Source: Desulfosoma sp.
GTDB taxonomy: Bacteria; Desulfobacterota; Syntrophobacteria; Syntrophobacterales; DSM-9756
DNA length: 64,000 nucleotides
Direction of reading: 5' to 3'
Assembly (NCBI GenBank): GCA_037481835.1
Contig: JBBFKW010000017.1
Location: forward strand, 1-64,000
This document shows, one piece after another, positions 7,226-17,608 of this stretch; the first letter of the stretch is position 1; the number at the start of each line of letters is the position of its first letter. The notes under the pieces were generated by a model. That model did no database searches. It was not told the DNA's origin and was given only the letters and a program-made list of their open reading frames with translations. A program made the translations under genes and the position numbers.

Positions 7226-9880
7226 ATGCTCAAGAGGTTCGGCTGTGCATTGGGAATTCTGCTGGTGTGGGCCCTCGCCGTGCAGGCGCAGGAATCGGCG
7301 ACATCCGAGCGGCCGGTGGTGGCTGTGGCGCCTTTCGCCGTCCATACGGCCCAGCCTCAGCCCCAACTCAGTACAGGCGTGCAGGAACTGGTGGCCCAAA
7401 GCCTCCTCAACCTCGGCGTGGAACTGGTCCCGCTGCCCGAGGTGCGGCGTGTGACGGGAAGCCAACCCGTGACCAGCGAAGATCGGGCCGCAGAAACGGC
7501 CCGGCGCCTCAAAGCCCGGTACATCATTTGGGGAAGTGTGACTCAGCTCGGCGAAAAAGCCAGCCTGGACGGCCGGCTCGTGGACGCCCAAGGGCTCGCC
7601 CCGCCTCGAGTCCTCTTCGCCGAGGGGGACTTGGCCAATCTTGCCGATGCCGCTCAACAGCTGGCTCAACAGGTGACGGTCCACGTGCTGGCCAAGGCCG
7701 TGGTGGCCGATGTGGAGGTGCGCGGCACCGAAAGGATCGAACCCGACGCCGTCCTCGTCCAGTTAAAAACCAAAAAAGGCGACCTGCTCCAGGACGATAC
7801 GCTCCAGGAGGACATCCGCACCATTTACAAGATGGGCTTCTTCGAAACCGTGGCGGCGGACGTGACGGACACCGACAAGGGCAAGAAGGTGACCTTCGTC
7901 GTGAGGGAAAAGCCGTCGGTTGTGGAAGTGAAAATTCAAGGGAACGACAAGGTCAAAGAAAAGGACATCCTGGCGGCCATTTCCACAAAGCCCTTCACGG
8001 TGCTCCGCAAAAACGTCGTGAACGACGACGTCAACCGCATTGTGAAGCTTTACCATCAGAAGGCCTTTTTCAACGCCGAAGTGACCCCGTCCATCGATTT
8101 CCCTCAAGATCCCCGAAAGGCCGTGGTCACCTTCAAGATCAAGGAAGGGAAGAAGATCTATGTGAAGGGCATCGATTTTACAGGAAACGAGCACTTCTCG
8201 GACCGGAAGCTCCGCGGAGCCATGGAAACCAAGACCCGTGGCTTTTTTTCCTGGTTTTCGGACAAGGGCGTCATGGACCGGGAAGTGCTGGATACCGACC
8301 TGGATCGGGTGACCGCTTTTTACCACGACCACGGCTTCATGGACGCTCGAGTGGGCACACCTACGGTGGAAAAGAAAGAAGACGGCTTTTACGTGACCAT
8401 CCCCGTGGTGGAAGGGCAAAGGTATCGGGTGGCCTCTGTGGACGTTCAAGGAGACGTGTTGGAGACGACCCCTTCCGTGGCCAAGCATCTGGAACTCAAG
8501 AAGGAAAAATATTTCAGCCGGGAAAAGCTTCGCAAGGACTTGGACACCTTGACCAAACACCTCATGGACGCCGGATACGCCTATGCGGAGGTCACCCCCA
8601 ACGTCTCCAAGAATCCCGAAGCCCACACCAGCGACGTGGTCTATCAGCTGCGGAAAGGGCCCATGGTCCACATCGAAAAGATCACCATTTCCGGGAACAC
8701 GAGAACGCGCGACAACGTCATCCGCCGCCAGATCCAACTGGCCGAAGGAGACCGCTTCAGCGCTTCGGCCATGGAACGCAGCCAGCTGAATTTGCGGCGG
8801 GTGGATTACTTCGAAGAGGTGGACATCCAGACCTCGGAAGGATCCACCCCGGAATCCATGAATTTGAACGTCAAGGTGAAAGAAAAGCCCACGGGGGCTT
8901 TGAGCGTCGGCGGAGGTTATTCCTCGGAAGACGGCGTTTTCGTCGGCGGCAACATTATGCAGCGCAACCTTTTCGGCCGCGGCCAATACCTGGCCCTCAA
9001 GGCCTACCTGGGCGGCGAGACATCGCGCTACAGTCTGAGTTTTACGGAACCCTGGCTGTTCGATACCCCCCTTTCGGCCGGCTTCGACATCTACGACTGG
9101 TATCGGGAATACAACGACTTCAACAAGGACGCCACGGGCGGGAAGCTGCGGATCAGCCACCCCTTCGGGACCTGGAGCCGCTGGCATTTGGCGTATGTGT
9201 TCGAAAACGCCAAAGTCTCCGATGTGGACGAGGACGCGGCGCTCATCATCAAAGACCAGGAAGGGCGCCAGATCAAAAGCAGTATCATCGCCTCGGTGGA
9301 GCGGGACAGCACGGATCATCCGTTCCTGCCCACCCGGGGATCGCTCCACACCGTGACCGTGGAATACTCCATCCCCTACCTGGGAAGCGATTCGGATTTC
9401 GTGAGCGTCGTCGCCGGTATAGGCAAGTACTTTCCCCTGTGGTGGAAATTCGTCGGGTTCGCCCACGTCAAGGGCGGCTACATCTTCGAGCTGGACTCCG
9501 ACAAACCCGCCCCCATCTACGAGAGATTTTTCCTGGGCGGCATCAATTCCATCCGGGCCTTCGATTGGGGCGATGTGGGGCCCAAAGATCCCGAAACCGG
9601 GGACTCCATCGGGGGGATCAAGTTCGGACAAGTGAACCTGGAACTGCTCTTTCCTCTGGTGGAAAAAATCGGCATGCGGGGAGTCGTCTTCTTCGATGCG
9701 GGCAACGCCTTCGACGACGGGGAAGATTTCCGCATCGACGACTTTCGCACGGCTGCGGGCGCCGGTGTGCGCTGGAATTCCCCCATGGGCCCGCTGCGCA
9801 TCGAATGGGGCTACAACCTGGATCGAAAGCCGGGTGAAGATTCGAGCAACTGGCAATTTTCCATGGGCGTCTTTTTCTAA
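7226..9880 (+). CDS. bamA: Outer membrane protein assembly factor BamA with an extra N-terminal domain
   Basis: Signal peptide, POTRA repeats, FFLGGINSIRAF, SPMGPLRIEWG, terminal F; GAGGAG RBS before ATG 7226. Confidence 0.96.
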   Translation: MLKRFGCALGILLVWALAVQAQESATSERPVVAVAPFAVHTAQPQPQLSTGVQELVAQSLLNLGVELVPLPEVRRVTGSQPVTSEDRAAETARRLKARYIIWGSVTQLGEKASLDGRLVDAQGLAPPRVLFAEGDLANLADAAQQLAQQVTVHVLAKAVVADVEVRGTERIEPDAVLVQLKTKKGDLLQDDTLQEDIRTIYKMGFFETVAADVTDTDKGKKVTFVVREKPSVVEVKIQGNDKVKEKDILAAISTKPFTVLRKNVVNDDVNRIVKLYHQKAFFNAEVTPSIDFPQDPRKAVVTFKIKEGKKIYVKGIDFTGNEHFSDRKLRGAMETKTRGFFSWFSDKGVMDREVLDTDLDRVTAFYHDHGFMDARVGTPTVEKKEDGFYVTIPVVEGQRYRVASVDVQGDVLETTPSVAKHLELKKEKYFSREKLRKDLDTLTKHLMDAGYAYAEVTPNVSKNPEAHTSDVVYQLRKGPMVHIEKITISGNTRTRDNVIRRQIQLAEGDRFSASAMERSQLNLRRVDYFEEVDIQTSEGSTPESMNLNVKVKEKPTGALSVGGGYSSEDGVFVGGNIMQRNLFGRGQYLALKAYLGGETSRYSLSFTEPWLFDTPLSAGFDIYDWYREYNDFNKDATGGKLRISHPFGTWSRWHLAYVFENAKVSDVDEDAALIIKDQEGRQIKSSIIASVERDSTDHPFLPTRGSLHTVTVEYSIPYLGSDSDFVSVVAGIGKYFPLWWKFVGFAHVKGGYIFELDSDKPAPIYERFFLGGINSIRAFDWGDVGPKDPETGDSIGGIKFGQVNLELLFPLVEKIGMRGVVFFDAGNAFDDGEDFRIDDFRTAAGAGVRWNSPMGPLRIEWGYNLDRKPGEDSSNWQFSMGVFF

Positions 9881-9935
9881 GGGACGTCCCATGGGTTCGG
9901 CACACTCAACTGTTTTCCCAAAGGAGGTTTTTTCG

Positions 9936-10463
9936 ATGATGAAAAAGCAGTTCGTGACCATGATCCTGTGCATGCTGGCCGTTGTCGTCTGGAGCGCACC
10001 GTCCCACGCCGCTGACGTGAAGATCGGCTACTTCGATTTGCAGGCCGTCTTGGACCGTTCCCAGTGGGGACAGGAAGTCAAGAAAGAGTTCAACGCCAAG
10101 AAGGCTCAGCTTGAGGCGGAAGTTCAAGCGAAGGCCAAGGAGTTTCAGGAATCCAAGCAGTCCTACGAAAAACAAGAAAAGATGATGGACGAAAAGTCCA
10201 AGAAACAAAAGGCGCAGGAACTTCGCCAAAAACAGATCGAAGGCGAAAAACTCCTCATGGAAAGTAATGCGGAACTCAACAAACTGTCGCAGCAGCTGAG
10301 CAAACCCCTCATCGACAAGATCATGGATATCGTCCAGACGATCGGAAAGAACGAAAAATACGACTACATTTTTGAAGTCCAGAAAGCCGGATTGGTGTAC
10401 GCCACGGAAAAGACCGACCTGACCCAGACCGTCATCAAGGAACTGGACAAGGTCAAGCGTTAA
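9936..10463 (+). CDS. skp: Periplasmic chaperone Skp/OmpH
   Basis: Signal peptide, KIGYFDLQAV, coiled coil, DLTQTVIKEL; located after bamA. Confidence 0.92.
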   Translation: MMKKQFVTMILCMLAVVVWSAPSHAADVKIGYFDLQAVLDRSQWGQEVKKEFNAKKAQLEAEVQAKAKEFQESKQSYEKQEKMMDEKSKKQKAQELRQKQIEGEKLLMESNAELNKLSQQLSKPLIDKIMDIVQTIGKNEKYDYIFEVQKAGLVYATEKTDLTQTVIKELDKVKR

Positions 10464-10486
10464 AATCAGGGGAAAGGCCGCGCCGC

Positions 10487-11572
10487 GTGGAAAAGAGAAG
10501 CTACCGTCTCTCGGACCTGTCCCGCCTCCTGGATGTCCCTTTCAAGGGGGACGGCACCGTGGTCATCGACGGGGTCGGCCCTCTGGAAACGGCGGGACCC
10601 ACGCACCTGAGCTTTCTGGCCAATGCCAAGTATCGGCCGAAGCTTGATACTTCACGCGCCGGCGCCGTGATCGTGGATCCCAGTCTGGAGGACGTGGGGC
10701 GGCCCATCCTGGTATCCTCCAATCCCTACTGGACCATGGCCAAGGCGGCGCAGCTCTTTTACGATCCGCCGCCCTTGGACCCCGGCATCCACCCCGCCGC
10801 CGTGGTGTCTTCCGAGGCGTCCGTGGCCCCGGACGCCGCCCTCGGGCCGTGGGTCTACGTCGGCCCGGGAGCGTCCATCGGATCGGGCTCGCGCCTCTAC
10901 GGCCACATCTACGTGGGGCGGGGCGCCAGCATCGGCCGGAACTGCCTGATCTACCCTCACGTGACGGTTCTCGACGGCTGCCGTCTGGGCGACCGTGTGA
11001 TCATTCATTCCGGGACGGTGATCGGCAGCGATGGGTTCGGATTCGCCCAGGACGCCCAGGGGCGCTCCACCAAAATTCCCCAGACGGGGATCGTCCAGAT
11101 CGACGACGATGTGGAAATCGGCGCCAACTGCACCGTGGATCGGGCGACCTTCGGCAAGACGTGGATTCAGGAAGGCGTCAAGATCGACAACTTGGTCCAG
11201 ATCGCCCATAACGTGACCATCGGGCGGCACAGCATCATCGTCGCCCAGGTGGGCATCGCCGGGAGCGTCACCCTGGGCAACCACGTCGTCTTGGGAGGCC
11301 AGGTGGGCATTGCGGGGCATCTGACCGTGGGCGATCGCGTGCGCATCGCCGCCAAGTCGGCCATTTCCCATTCGGTGGAGCCCGGCCAGGATCTCATGGG
11401 CGTCCCCGCCATGCCTCAGAGGCAATGGATGCGCCATTACGCCGCCTGGCTTCGCCTCCCCCGGTGGCAGCAGGAAATGGCGTCCTTGAAGGAACGCGTG
11501 CGGCACTTGGAGGAAACCTTGGCCCGAACCCAGACCCCAACCGAGGACGGAAGCCATGGAAATGAATGCTGA
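10487..11572 (+). CDS. lpxD: UDP-3-O-acylglucosamine N-acyltransferase
   Basis: Hexapeptide repeats, IGSDGFGF, KIDNLVQIAHNV. Confidence 0.97.
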   Translation: MEKRSYRLSDLSRLLDVPFKGDGTVVIDGVGPLETAGPTHLSFLANAKYRPKLDTSRAGAVIVDPSLEDVGRPILVSSNPYWTMAKAAQLFYDPPPLDPGIHPAAVVSSEASVAPDAALGPWVYVGPGASIGSGSRLYGHIYVGRGASIGRNCLIYPHVTVLDGCRLGDRVIIHSGTVIGSDGFGFAQDAQGRSTKIPQTGIVQIDDDVEIGANCTVDRATFGKTWIQEGVKIDNLVQIAHNVTIGRHSIIVAQVGIAGSVTLGNHVVLGGQVGIAGHLTVGDRVRIAAKSAISHSVEPGQDLMGVPAMPQRQWMRHYAAWLRLPRWQQEMASLKERVRHLEETLARTQTPTEDGSHGNEC

Positions 11573-11984
11573 AGAAATCCTCAGGAAACTGCCCCATCGC
11601 TACCCTTTTCTCCTGGTGGATCGCATTCTGGAAATGGGCGACGATGAAATCACGGGCCTCAAGAACGTCACCCTCAATGAGCCCTTCTTTCAGGGCCACT
11701 TTCCGGGCCATCCCGTCATGCCCGGGGTGCTCATCATGGAAGCCCTGGCTCAGACGGGGGGCGTTTTGGCCTTCGCCCTCGGGCAGGCGGATTCCAGCGG
11801 CCCGGTTTATTTCATGGGCATGGACAAGGTGCGTTTTCGCCGACCCGTTCGACCGGGAGACCAGCTCATCCTCAAGATGAAGCTCCTGCGTCGCAAGGGT
11901 TCCGTTTTCAAGATGAAAGGCGAAGCCTACGTGGGCGACGAATTGGCCGCCGAAGGCGAACTGTTGGCCACCATCGAACCCTAG
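11556..11984 (+). CDS. fabZ: 3-hydroxyacyl-ACP dehydratase
   Basis: LPHRYPFLLVDR, FFQGHFPGHPVMPGVLIMEALAQ. Confidence 0.98.
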   Translation: MEMNAEEILRKLPHRYPFLLVDRILEMGDDEITGLKNVTLNEPFFQGHFPGHPVMPGVLIMEALAQTGGVLAFALGQADSSGPVYFMGMDKVRFRRPVRPGDQLILKMKLLRRKGSVFKMKGEAYVGDELAAEGELLATIEP

Positions 11985-12014
11985 ATCCCTTGGAAAGGAG
12001 GATCCCTCCCTCTC

Positions 12015-12788
12015 ATGGACATTCATGCGACAGCGATCGTCGATCCGAAGGCGGAACTGGCCGACGACGTCATCATCGGCCCCTATGCGGTCATCGGGCC
12101 TCACGTGCGCATCGGGTCGGGCACAACCGTCGGCTCGCACACCGTTATCGACGGCTGGACGGAAATCGGGTGCAACAACCGCATCAGCTCCTTTGTCTCC
12201 ATGGGCTTCCCGCCGCAGGATTTGAAATACAAAGGAGGGCCCACCCGGCTCGTCATCGGCGACGGCAACACCATCCGCGAATACGCCACCATCCACCGCG
12301 GGACGGAACACGGGGGCGGAATCACCCAAATCGGCAACCACAACCTCATCATGGCCTACGTCCACGTGGCTCACGACTGCATCCTGCACAATCGCGTGAT
12401 CATGGCCAACGCCGCCATGCTGGCCGGCCACGTAATCATCGAAGACGACGCCGTGATCGGCGGCCTGGCGGCCATCCACCAGTTTTCTCGTATCGGCACG
12501 CACGCCTACATCGGGGCGAAGGCGGGCATCAAAAAAGACATCCCCCCGTACATGCTGGCCACCGGATACCCGGCCAAGCTGTACGGTCCCAACACCGTGG
12601 GTTTGAAGAGGAAGGGTTTTTCCAGCGAAGCCATCCAAGGCTTGAAGAAAGCCTACAAGATCATTTTTCGCAGCGGCCTCACGTTGCCCGAGGCCGTGGA
12701 AGAAACCCGCCGCGAAGTGGGAACCATTGCGGAAGTGGCGAACCTGCTGCGATTCATCGAAGGAACCCAGCGGGGCTTGACACGCTGA
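12015..12788 (+). CDS. lpxA: UDP-N-acetylglucosamine acyltransferase
   Basis: IHATAIVDP, PQDLKY, IREYATIHRGT, HVAHDC, IHQF. Confidence 0.97.
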   Translation: MDIHATAIVDPKAELADDVIIGPYAVIGPHVRIGSGTTVGSHTVIDGWTEIGCNNRISSFVSMGFPPQDLKYKGGPTRLVIGDGNTIREYATIHRGTEHGGGITQIGNHNLIMAYVHVAHDCILHNRVIMANAAMLAGHVIIEDDAVIGGLAAIHQFSRIGTHAYIGAKAGIKKDIPPYMLATGYPAKLYGPNTVGLKRKGFSSEAIQGLKKAYKIIFRSGLTLPEAVEETRREVGTIAEVANLLRFIEGTQRGLTR

Positions 12789-12833
12789 GCCCCAAACCGA
12801 CGAAACGGAGCGGCGGCACAACCAGCAAAGATC

Positions 12834-14720
12834 ATGGCGGACGACACACTCATCGGACTCATTGCCGGGGGCGGGCAGTTTCCGCTCCTTTTTGCTGAAG
12901 GGGCCAAGGAAGCGGGATACCAGGTCGTTGCCGTCGGCTTCGACGGCGAAACCGACCCTTCCCTTGCGGCTCACGTGGCTGCCTTTCACCTCCTGAAGCT
13001 GGGCCAACTCGGTAAACTCATCCGCGTCTTTCAAAGAGCGGGTATCCGGCGGGTGGCCATGGCCGGATCCATCAACAAGACCCGGCTTTACACCCGGATC
13101 CGCCCTGACTGGCGGGCCTTCAGGCTGCTGACGTCCTTGCGGAACAAGAAGGACGACCACATTCTGCGTTCTTTGGCCGGGGAATTGGAAAAGGAAGGCA
13201 TCCGGGTGGAGCCGTCCACGCTGTTTCTTCCCGGGTTGTTGGCGCCCGAAGGGGTGCTGACCCGCCGTCATCTCAACGCCCGGGAAAAGCGCGATGTGGA
13301 TTTCGGCTGGGAAATGGCCAAGGCCGTGGGCCACCTGGACATCGGCCAATGCCTTGTGGTCAAGGACCAGGCCGTGCTGGCCGTGGAAGGCATGGACGGC
13401 ACCGACGAAACCATCGTGCGCGGAGGCCGCCTGTGCCGTGAAGGGGCTGTCGTCGTCAAGGTCAGCAAGCCCATCCAGGATCTGCGGTTCGATGTCCCGG
13501 CGGTGGGACTCCAGACCATCGAAACCATGCGGTCCGTAAAGGCCCGCGTCCTCGTTGTGGAAGCGGGGAAAACGCTCCTCTTCGATCGGGACAAGGTCTT
13601 GGAAGCCGCCGACCGCTACGGAATGACCATCGTCGCCGTCTCCGATCCTCAGAAAACGGCGGAGTCGCCAACCGCCGAAGATACCGCCGTCCCGAAGGGC
13701 ATTGCCGTTTCTTCCACGCTGAAACCCTTCGCCGTCATCCGTCGCGCCGACCCTGGAGCGGTGCGCACCGCCGTCGTTGGTGTGGGCTATCTGGGCACCT
13801 ACCATGCGGAAAAATACGCACGCCTCAAGGAAGCCCATCTGGTGGGCGTGGTCGATATCGATCCGAAGCGGGCCGAGGCCGTGGCGGCCCGGTTCGGCTG
13901 CGCCGCCTACACGGACCATCGGGCTCTTCTGGGTGCCGTGGATGCGGTGAGCGTGGTGACACCGACGACGGAGCATTTTTCGGTGGCGCGGGATTTTCTT
14001 CAGGCCGGCGTGCACGTCCTCGTGGAAAAACCCTTCACCCAGTCGCTGGATGAAGCCCGGGAACTGGTGGATCTGGCGGAAGCCAAGGGGGTGCGCCTTC
14101 AAGTGGGCCACCTGGAACGATTCAACCCGGCCTTCAAGGCCGTCGAACCCTTGGTGTCCAACCCGCTCTTTCTGGAAGCCCACCGCCTGGCCCTTTTCAA
14201 CGAACGCGGCCTGGAAGTGGACGTCATCCTGGACCTCATGATCCACGATATCGACATCGTCCTCCATCTGGTTCGATCCCCTCTGGCCTCCTTTTCAGCG
14301 TCCGGCGTCCCGGTGCTCACTCGGCTGCCGGACATCGCCAACGCTCGCTTGGAATTCGAAAACGGCGCCGTCGCCAACCTCACAGCCAGCCGCATCTCGG
14401 TGAAAAATATGCGGCGCCTTCGCATCTTTCAGGAGAATCGTTACCTGGTGGCGGACTACGGCAACCGCCGCGCCTTCGCTTTCGTCAAAGAAGCCGATGC
14501 GGACGAAGACGGCTATCCTGAGATCTCCACGGAAGAACTTGAGGTGGACAACCGGGACGCCTTGGAAGAAGAAATCCAATCCTTCCTGGAAGCCGTGCGT
14601 ACGGGGGCGCCTCCCGTTGTGGACGGCCGCCAAGGCATGGACGCGGTGCGCGTGGCCCTGGCCATCTCCGATCAGATCCGCGCTCGAATGGAAGCCTCAC
14701 GGCCCAGAGGCGCCCCATGA
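12834..14720 (+). CDS. lpxI: Fusion: LpxI (UDP-2,3-diacylglucosamine pyrophosphatase) plus Gfo/Idh/MocA oxidoreductase (GnnA-like)
   Basis: N-terminal ~270 aa: GLIAGGGQFP, LDIGQC, AVEGMDGTD, QDLRFDVPAVG. C-terminal: VVGVGYLGTYHA, HVLVEKP, VGHLERFNP, DLMIHDID. Single uninterrupted frame. Confidence 0.88.
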   Translation: MADDTLIGLIAGGGQFPLLFAEGAKEAGYQVVAVGFDGETDPSLAAHVAAFHLLKLGQLGKLIRVFQRAGIRRVAMAGSINKTRLYTRIRPDWRAFRLLTSLRNKKDDHILRSLAGELEKEGIRVEPSTLFLPGLLAPEGVLTRRHLNAREKRDVDFGWEMAKAVGHLDIGQCLVVKDQAVLAVEGMDGTDETIVRGGRLCREGAVVVKVSKPIQDLRFDVPAVGLQTIETMRSVKARVLVVEAGKTLLFDRDKVLEAADRYGMTIVAVSDPQKTAESPTAEDTAVPKGIAVSSTLKPFAVIRRADPGAVRTAVVGVGYLGTYHAEKYARLKEAHLVGVVDIDPKRAEAVAARFGCAAYTDHRALLGAVDAVSVVTPTTEHFSVARDFLQAGVHVLVEKPFTQSLDEARELVDLAEAKGVRLQVGHLERFNPAFKAVEPLVSNPLFLEAHRLALFNERGLEVDVILDLMIHDIDIVLHLVRSPLASFSASGVPVLTRLPDIANARLEFENGAVANLTASRISVKNMRRLRIFQENRYLVADYGNRRAFAFVKEADADEDGYPEISTEELEVDNRDALEEEIQSFLEAVRTGAPPVVDGRQGMDAVRVALAISDQIRARMEASRPRGAP

Positions 14721-15847
14721 AGCCCCTGCGGATTTTCGTGAGCGCCGGGGAAGCTTCCGGAGACCTGCACGGTTCACGGCTGGTGGAGGAAATCCTCAAG
14801 CGAAACCCCGCGGCCCGGGTGGACGCCATGGGGGGATCGGGCTTGCGCGGGGCGGGCGCGAACATTGTGGTGGACTACCGGGATCTGGCCCTCATCGGGG
14901 TGGTGCAGGTCGTGCCCAAGGCCCGCACGATTTACCGAGCCTGGAGAAGGCTCCGCGGCCACCTGGAGACGCAAAGGCCGGATCTCGTGGTGCTCATCGA
15001 CTTTCCCGACTTCAATTTCCTCCTCGGCCGGGCGGCCCGCGCCATGGGGCACAAGGTTTTCTACTACATCAGTCCCCAAGTGTGGGCTTGGCGTTCGGGC
15101 AGGGTGCGATCCTTGAAGCGCTTTACGGACGCCATGGCCGTCATCCTTCCCTTCGAAGAGGCGTTTTACCGGCAACGGGGCATGACCGTGCGTTTCGTCG
15201 GGCACCCCCTCGTGGACGAAGTGCGCTCGGTCGAAGACCGATCCGCCTGCCGGCGCCTTCTGGGCCTGGGCGACGAGCCCGTAATCTGTCTCTTGCCCGG
15301 AAGCCGCCAAGGGGAAGTGCGCACCTTTTTGCCCATCCTTTCGGATGCGGCCGCCCTCATCAAACACGCCTGTCCGTCCGCTGAAATGCTCGTCGGGGTC
15401 GCGCCCGGTCTGGACTTCGACGGGATGGCTTCTCTCGTCCGCAAGGCGCCGGTCCCGCTGCGATGCATCCGCGCTGACACCTATCGGGCCATCCGGGCCG
15501 CCGACGCGGTCATGGCCGTTTCGGGAACCGTCACCCTGGAATCGGCCTTGCTGGGCACGCCATTGGTGGTCGTTTACAAGGTGTCCCCCGTGGAATATCA
15601 TCTCGGCCGGCGGCTCATCCGCGTCCCGCACATTGCCCTTCCCAACGTCATTCTCGGACGACGGGTGTGCCCCGAGCTCATCCAGCGCGAGGCGTGTCCC
15701 CAACGCATCGCCGAGGAGGTCTTGGAATTGATCCGAAATCCCGAAAGCGCCGCCGAACAGCGCCGGTGGTTCGAACGGCTCGGCCGCATGCTAGGAGAAC
15801 CCGGGGCGGCGGCTCGTGCGGCAGCCATGGCTTTGGACCTATGCTGA
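14717..15847 (+). CDS. lpxB: Lipid-A-disaccharide synthase
   Basis: AGEASGDLHG, IDFPDFN, YYISPQVWAWR, LLPGSR, SGTVTLE. Confidence 0.97.
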   Translation: MKPLRIFVSAGEASGDLHGSRLVEEILKRNPAARVDAMGGSGLRGAGANIVVDYRDLALIGVVQVVPKARTIYRAWRRLRGHLETQRPDLVVLIDFPDFNFLLGRAARAMGHKVFYYISPQVWAWRSGRVRSLKRFTDAMAVILPFEEAFYRQRGMTVRFVGHPLVDEVRSVEDRSACRRLLGLGDEPVICLLPGSRQGEVRTFLPILSDAAALIKHACPSAEMLVGVAPGLDFDGMASLVRKAPVPLRCIRADTYRAIRAADAVMAVSGTVTLESALLGTPLVVVYKVSPVEYHLGRRLIRVPHIALPNVILGRRVCPELIQREACPQRIAEEVLELIRNPESAAEQRRWFERLGRMLGEPGAAARAAAMALDLC

Positions 15848-17586
15848 AACCAGACTCTCCCGCACGCATCGCCTTGCATCGCATGGTGGGGCTGCTGCGG
15901 CCTCATTGGAGACGGCTGGCCCTGGCGGTCCTGTGCATGCTCATCGTCTCCGGCTCCACGGGACTCACGGCTTACCTCATCAAACCGGCCATGGACGACA
16001 TCTTCATCAAAAAAGATGTGGTCATGCTGGCGCTGCTGCCGGGTCTCTTTTTGCTGGTTTCCCTGGTCAAGGCTCTGAGCGACTGGGGCAGCACCTATTT
16101 TCTTCAATCCGTCGGGCTTCGCGTGGTGGCCGGCCTGCGGCAGGAGCTGTTCGACCACATTCACGGCCTGTCCCTGTCCTTTTTCGACAAGGCCAGCACG
16201 GGCACCCTCATGAGCCGCATCACCAACGACATCAAAGAAATCCAGGTGGCCGTCAACAACGCGGTTTCGGGCTTGGTCAAAGACACGGTGACCATCGTGG
16301 GCCTCATCTTCGTCGTCTTTTATCAAAATTGGAAGTTGGCCAGCATCGCCGTGGCGGTCCTGCCCCTGGCCTTTTTCCCTCTGGTGCACTTCGGGAAAAA
16401 GCTGCGCACACTCGCCCGCAAAGGGCAGGAAAAGGTCGCACACCTCAGTGTGGTGCTTCACGAATCGTTCACCGGAGTGCGCATCGTCCAGGCTTTCGGG
16501 ATGGAAGAGCACGAAAAGAGGCGCTTCGCCCGACACAACACGGCCGTTTTGGAAAACCAGCTCAAGGCCCTTCGCATCGACGCCCTCTCCAGTCCCCTCA
16601 TGGAATTCATCGGCGCCATCGGCATTTCCGCCATTATCGCCTACGGCGGCTACCAGGTCGTGAAGGGAACGTCCACGCCCGGCACCTTCTTTTCCTTCCT
16701 TGGGGCTCTGATCATGCTCTACAAGCCCGTCAAGAGCCTGAACAAGCTGAACAGTACCCTGCAAAAGGGGATCGCGTCCGTGCTTCGCGTCCAGGAAGTG
16801 CTCAGCCAAAAAAGCGACATCGTGGAACGGCCGAACGCCTTGGAACTCACACGCGTTCAAGGGGCCGTGGAATTTCGCAACGTCTCCTTCGCCTACGACT
16901 CCATTCCCGTGCTTCGCAACATCTCCATCAAAGTCAACCCGGGCGAAGTGGTGGCCTTGGTGGGAAGCAGCGGCGGAGGCAAGACCACCCTGGTCCATCT
17001 CATCCCCCGATTCTACGACGTGACCGAAGGGGCGATCCTCATCGACGGCGTGGATGTGCGGGACATCACGGTGCGGTCCCTTCGCCGGCACATCGCCATG
17101 GTCACCCAGCACAGTTTTCTTTTTAACGATACGGTGCGGAACAACATCGCCTACGGCGACCCGTCCAAAACCGAAGAAGACATCATCGCAGCGGCCAAAG
17201 CGGCCTATGCCTACGATTTCATTTGCCGGCTGCCCCACGGGCTGGATACGGTGGTCGGCGAACAAGGGGTGATGCTTTCCGGAGGACAGCGCCAGCGCAT
17301 TTGCATCGCTCGAGCCCTCCTCAAGGACGCTCCCATTCTCATCCTCGACGAGGCCACATCGGCCCTGGACAGCGAAGCGGAACAGGAAGTGCAGCGGGCT
17401 TTGGAAAACCTCATGCAAGGCCGCACGACCTTCGTCATCGCCCACAGGCTCTCCACCGTAAAGATCGCCCACCGCATTCTGGTCATCAGCCACGGGCGCA
17501 TCATCGAAGAAGGATCCCACCACAGCCTCATGGAACGCCACGGTGAATACCGGCGTCTCTACGACATCCAGTTCCAGCAGGCTTGA
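15841..17586 (+). CDS. msbA: Lipid A export ABC transporter MsbA
   Basis: TM domain plus GSSGGGKTT, LSGGQRQR, LDEATSALD; lipid A operon context. Confidence 0.9.
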   Translation: MLKPDSPARIALHRMVGLLRPHWRRLALAVLCMLIVSGSTGLTAYLIKPAMDDIFIKKDVVMLALLPGLFLLVSLVKALSDWGSTYFLQSVGLRVVAGLRQELFDHIHGLSLSFFDKASTGTLMSRITNDIKEIQVAVNNAVSGLVKDTVTIVGLIFVVFYQNWKLASIAVAVLPLAFFPLVHFGKKLRTLARKGQEKVAHLSVVLHESFTGVRIVQAFGMEEHEKRRFARHNTAVLENQLKALRIDALSSPLMEFIGAIGISAIIAYGGYQVVKGTSTPGTFFSFLGALIMLYKPVKSLNKLNSTLQKGIASVLRVQEVLSQKSDIVERPNALELTRVQGAVEFRNVSFAYDSIPVLRNISIKVNPGEVVALVGSSGGGKTTLVHLIPRFYDVTEGAILIDGVDVRDITVRSLRRHIAMVTQHSFLFNDTVRNNIAYGDPSKTEEDIIAAAKAAYAYDFICRLPHGLDTVVGEQGVMLSGGQRQRICIARALLKDAPILILDEATSALDSEAEQEVQRALENLMQGRTTFVIAHRLSTVKIAHRILVISHGRIIEEGSHHSLMERHGEYRRLYDIQFQQA

Positions 17587-17608
17587 GGCCGACGGACCGA
17601 CGCGTCTT

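Noticed and set aside
7267..9973. Very long alternative-frame and antisense ORFs over bamA (856 aa, 736 aa), and similar ones over lpx, ptsI, sec, 41181-43451 and 48325-50901
   Set aside because: Shadow ORFs expected from high-GC codon bias; they overlap well-supported genes, have R/G/P-rich composition and show no motifs
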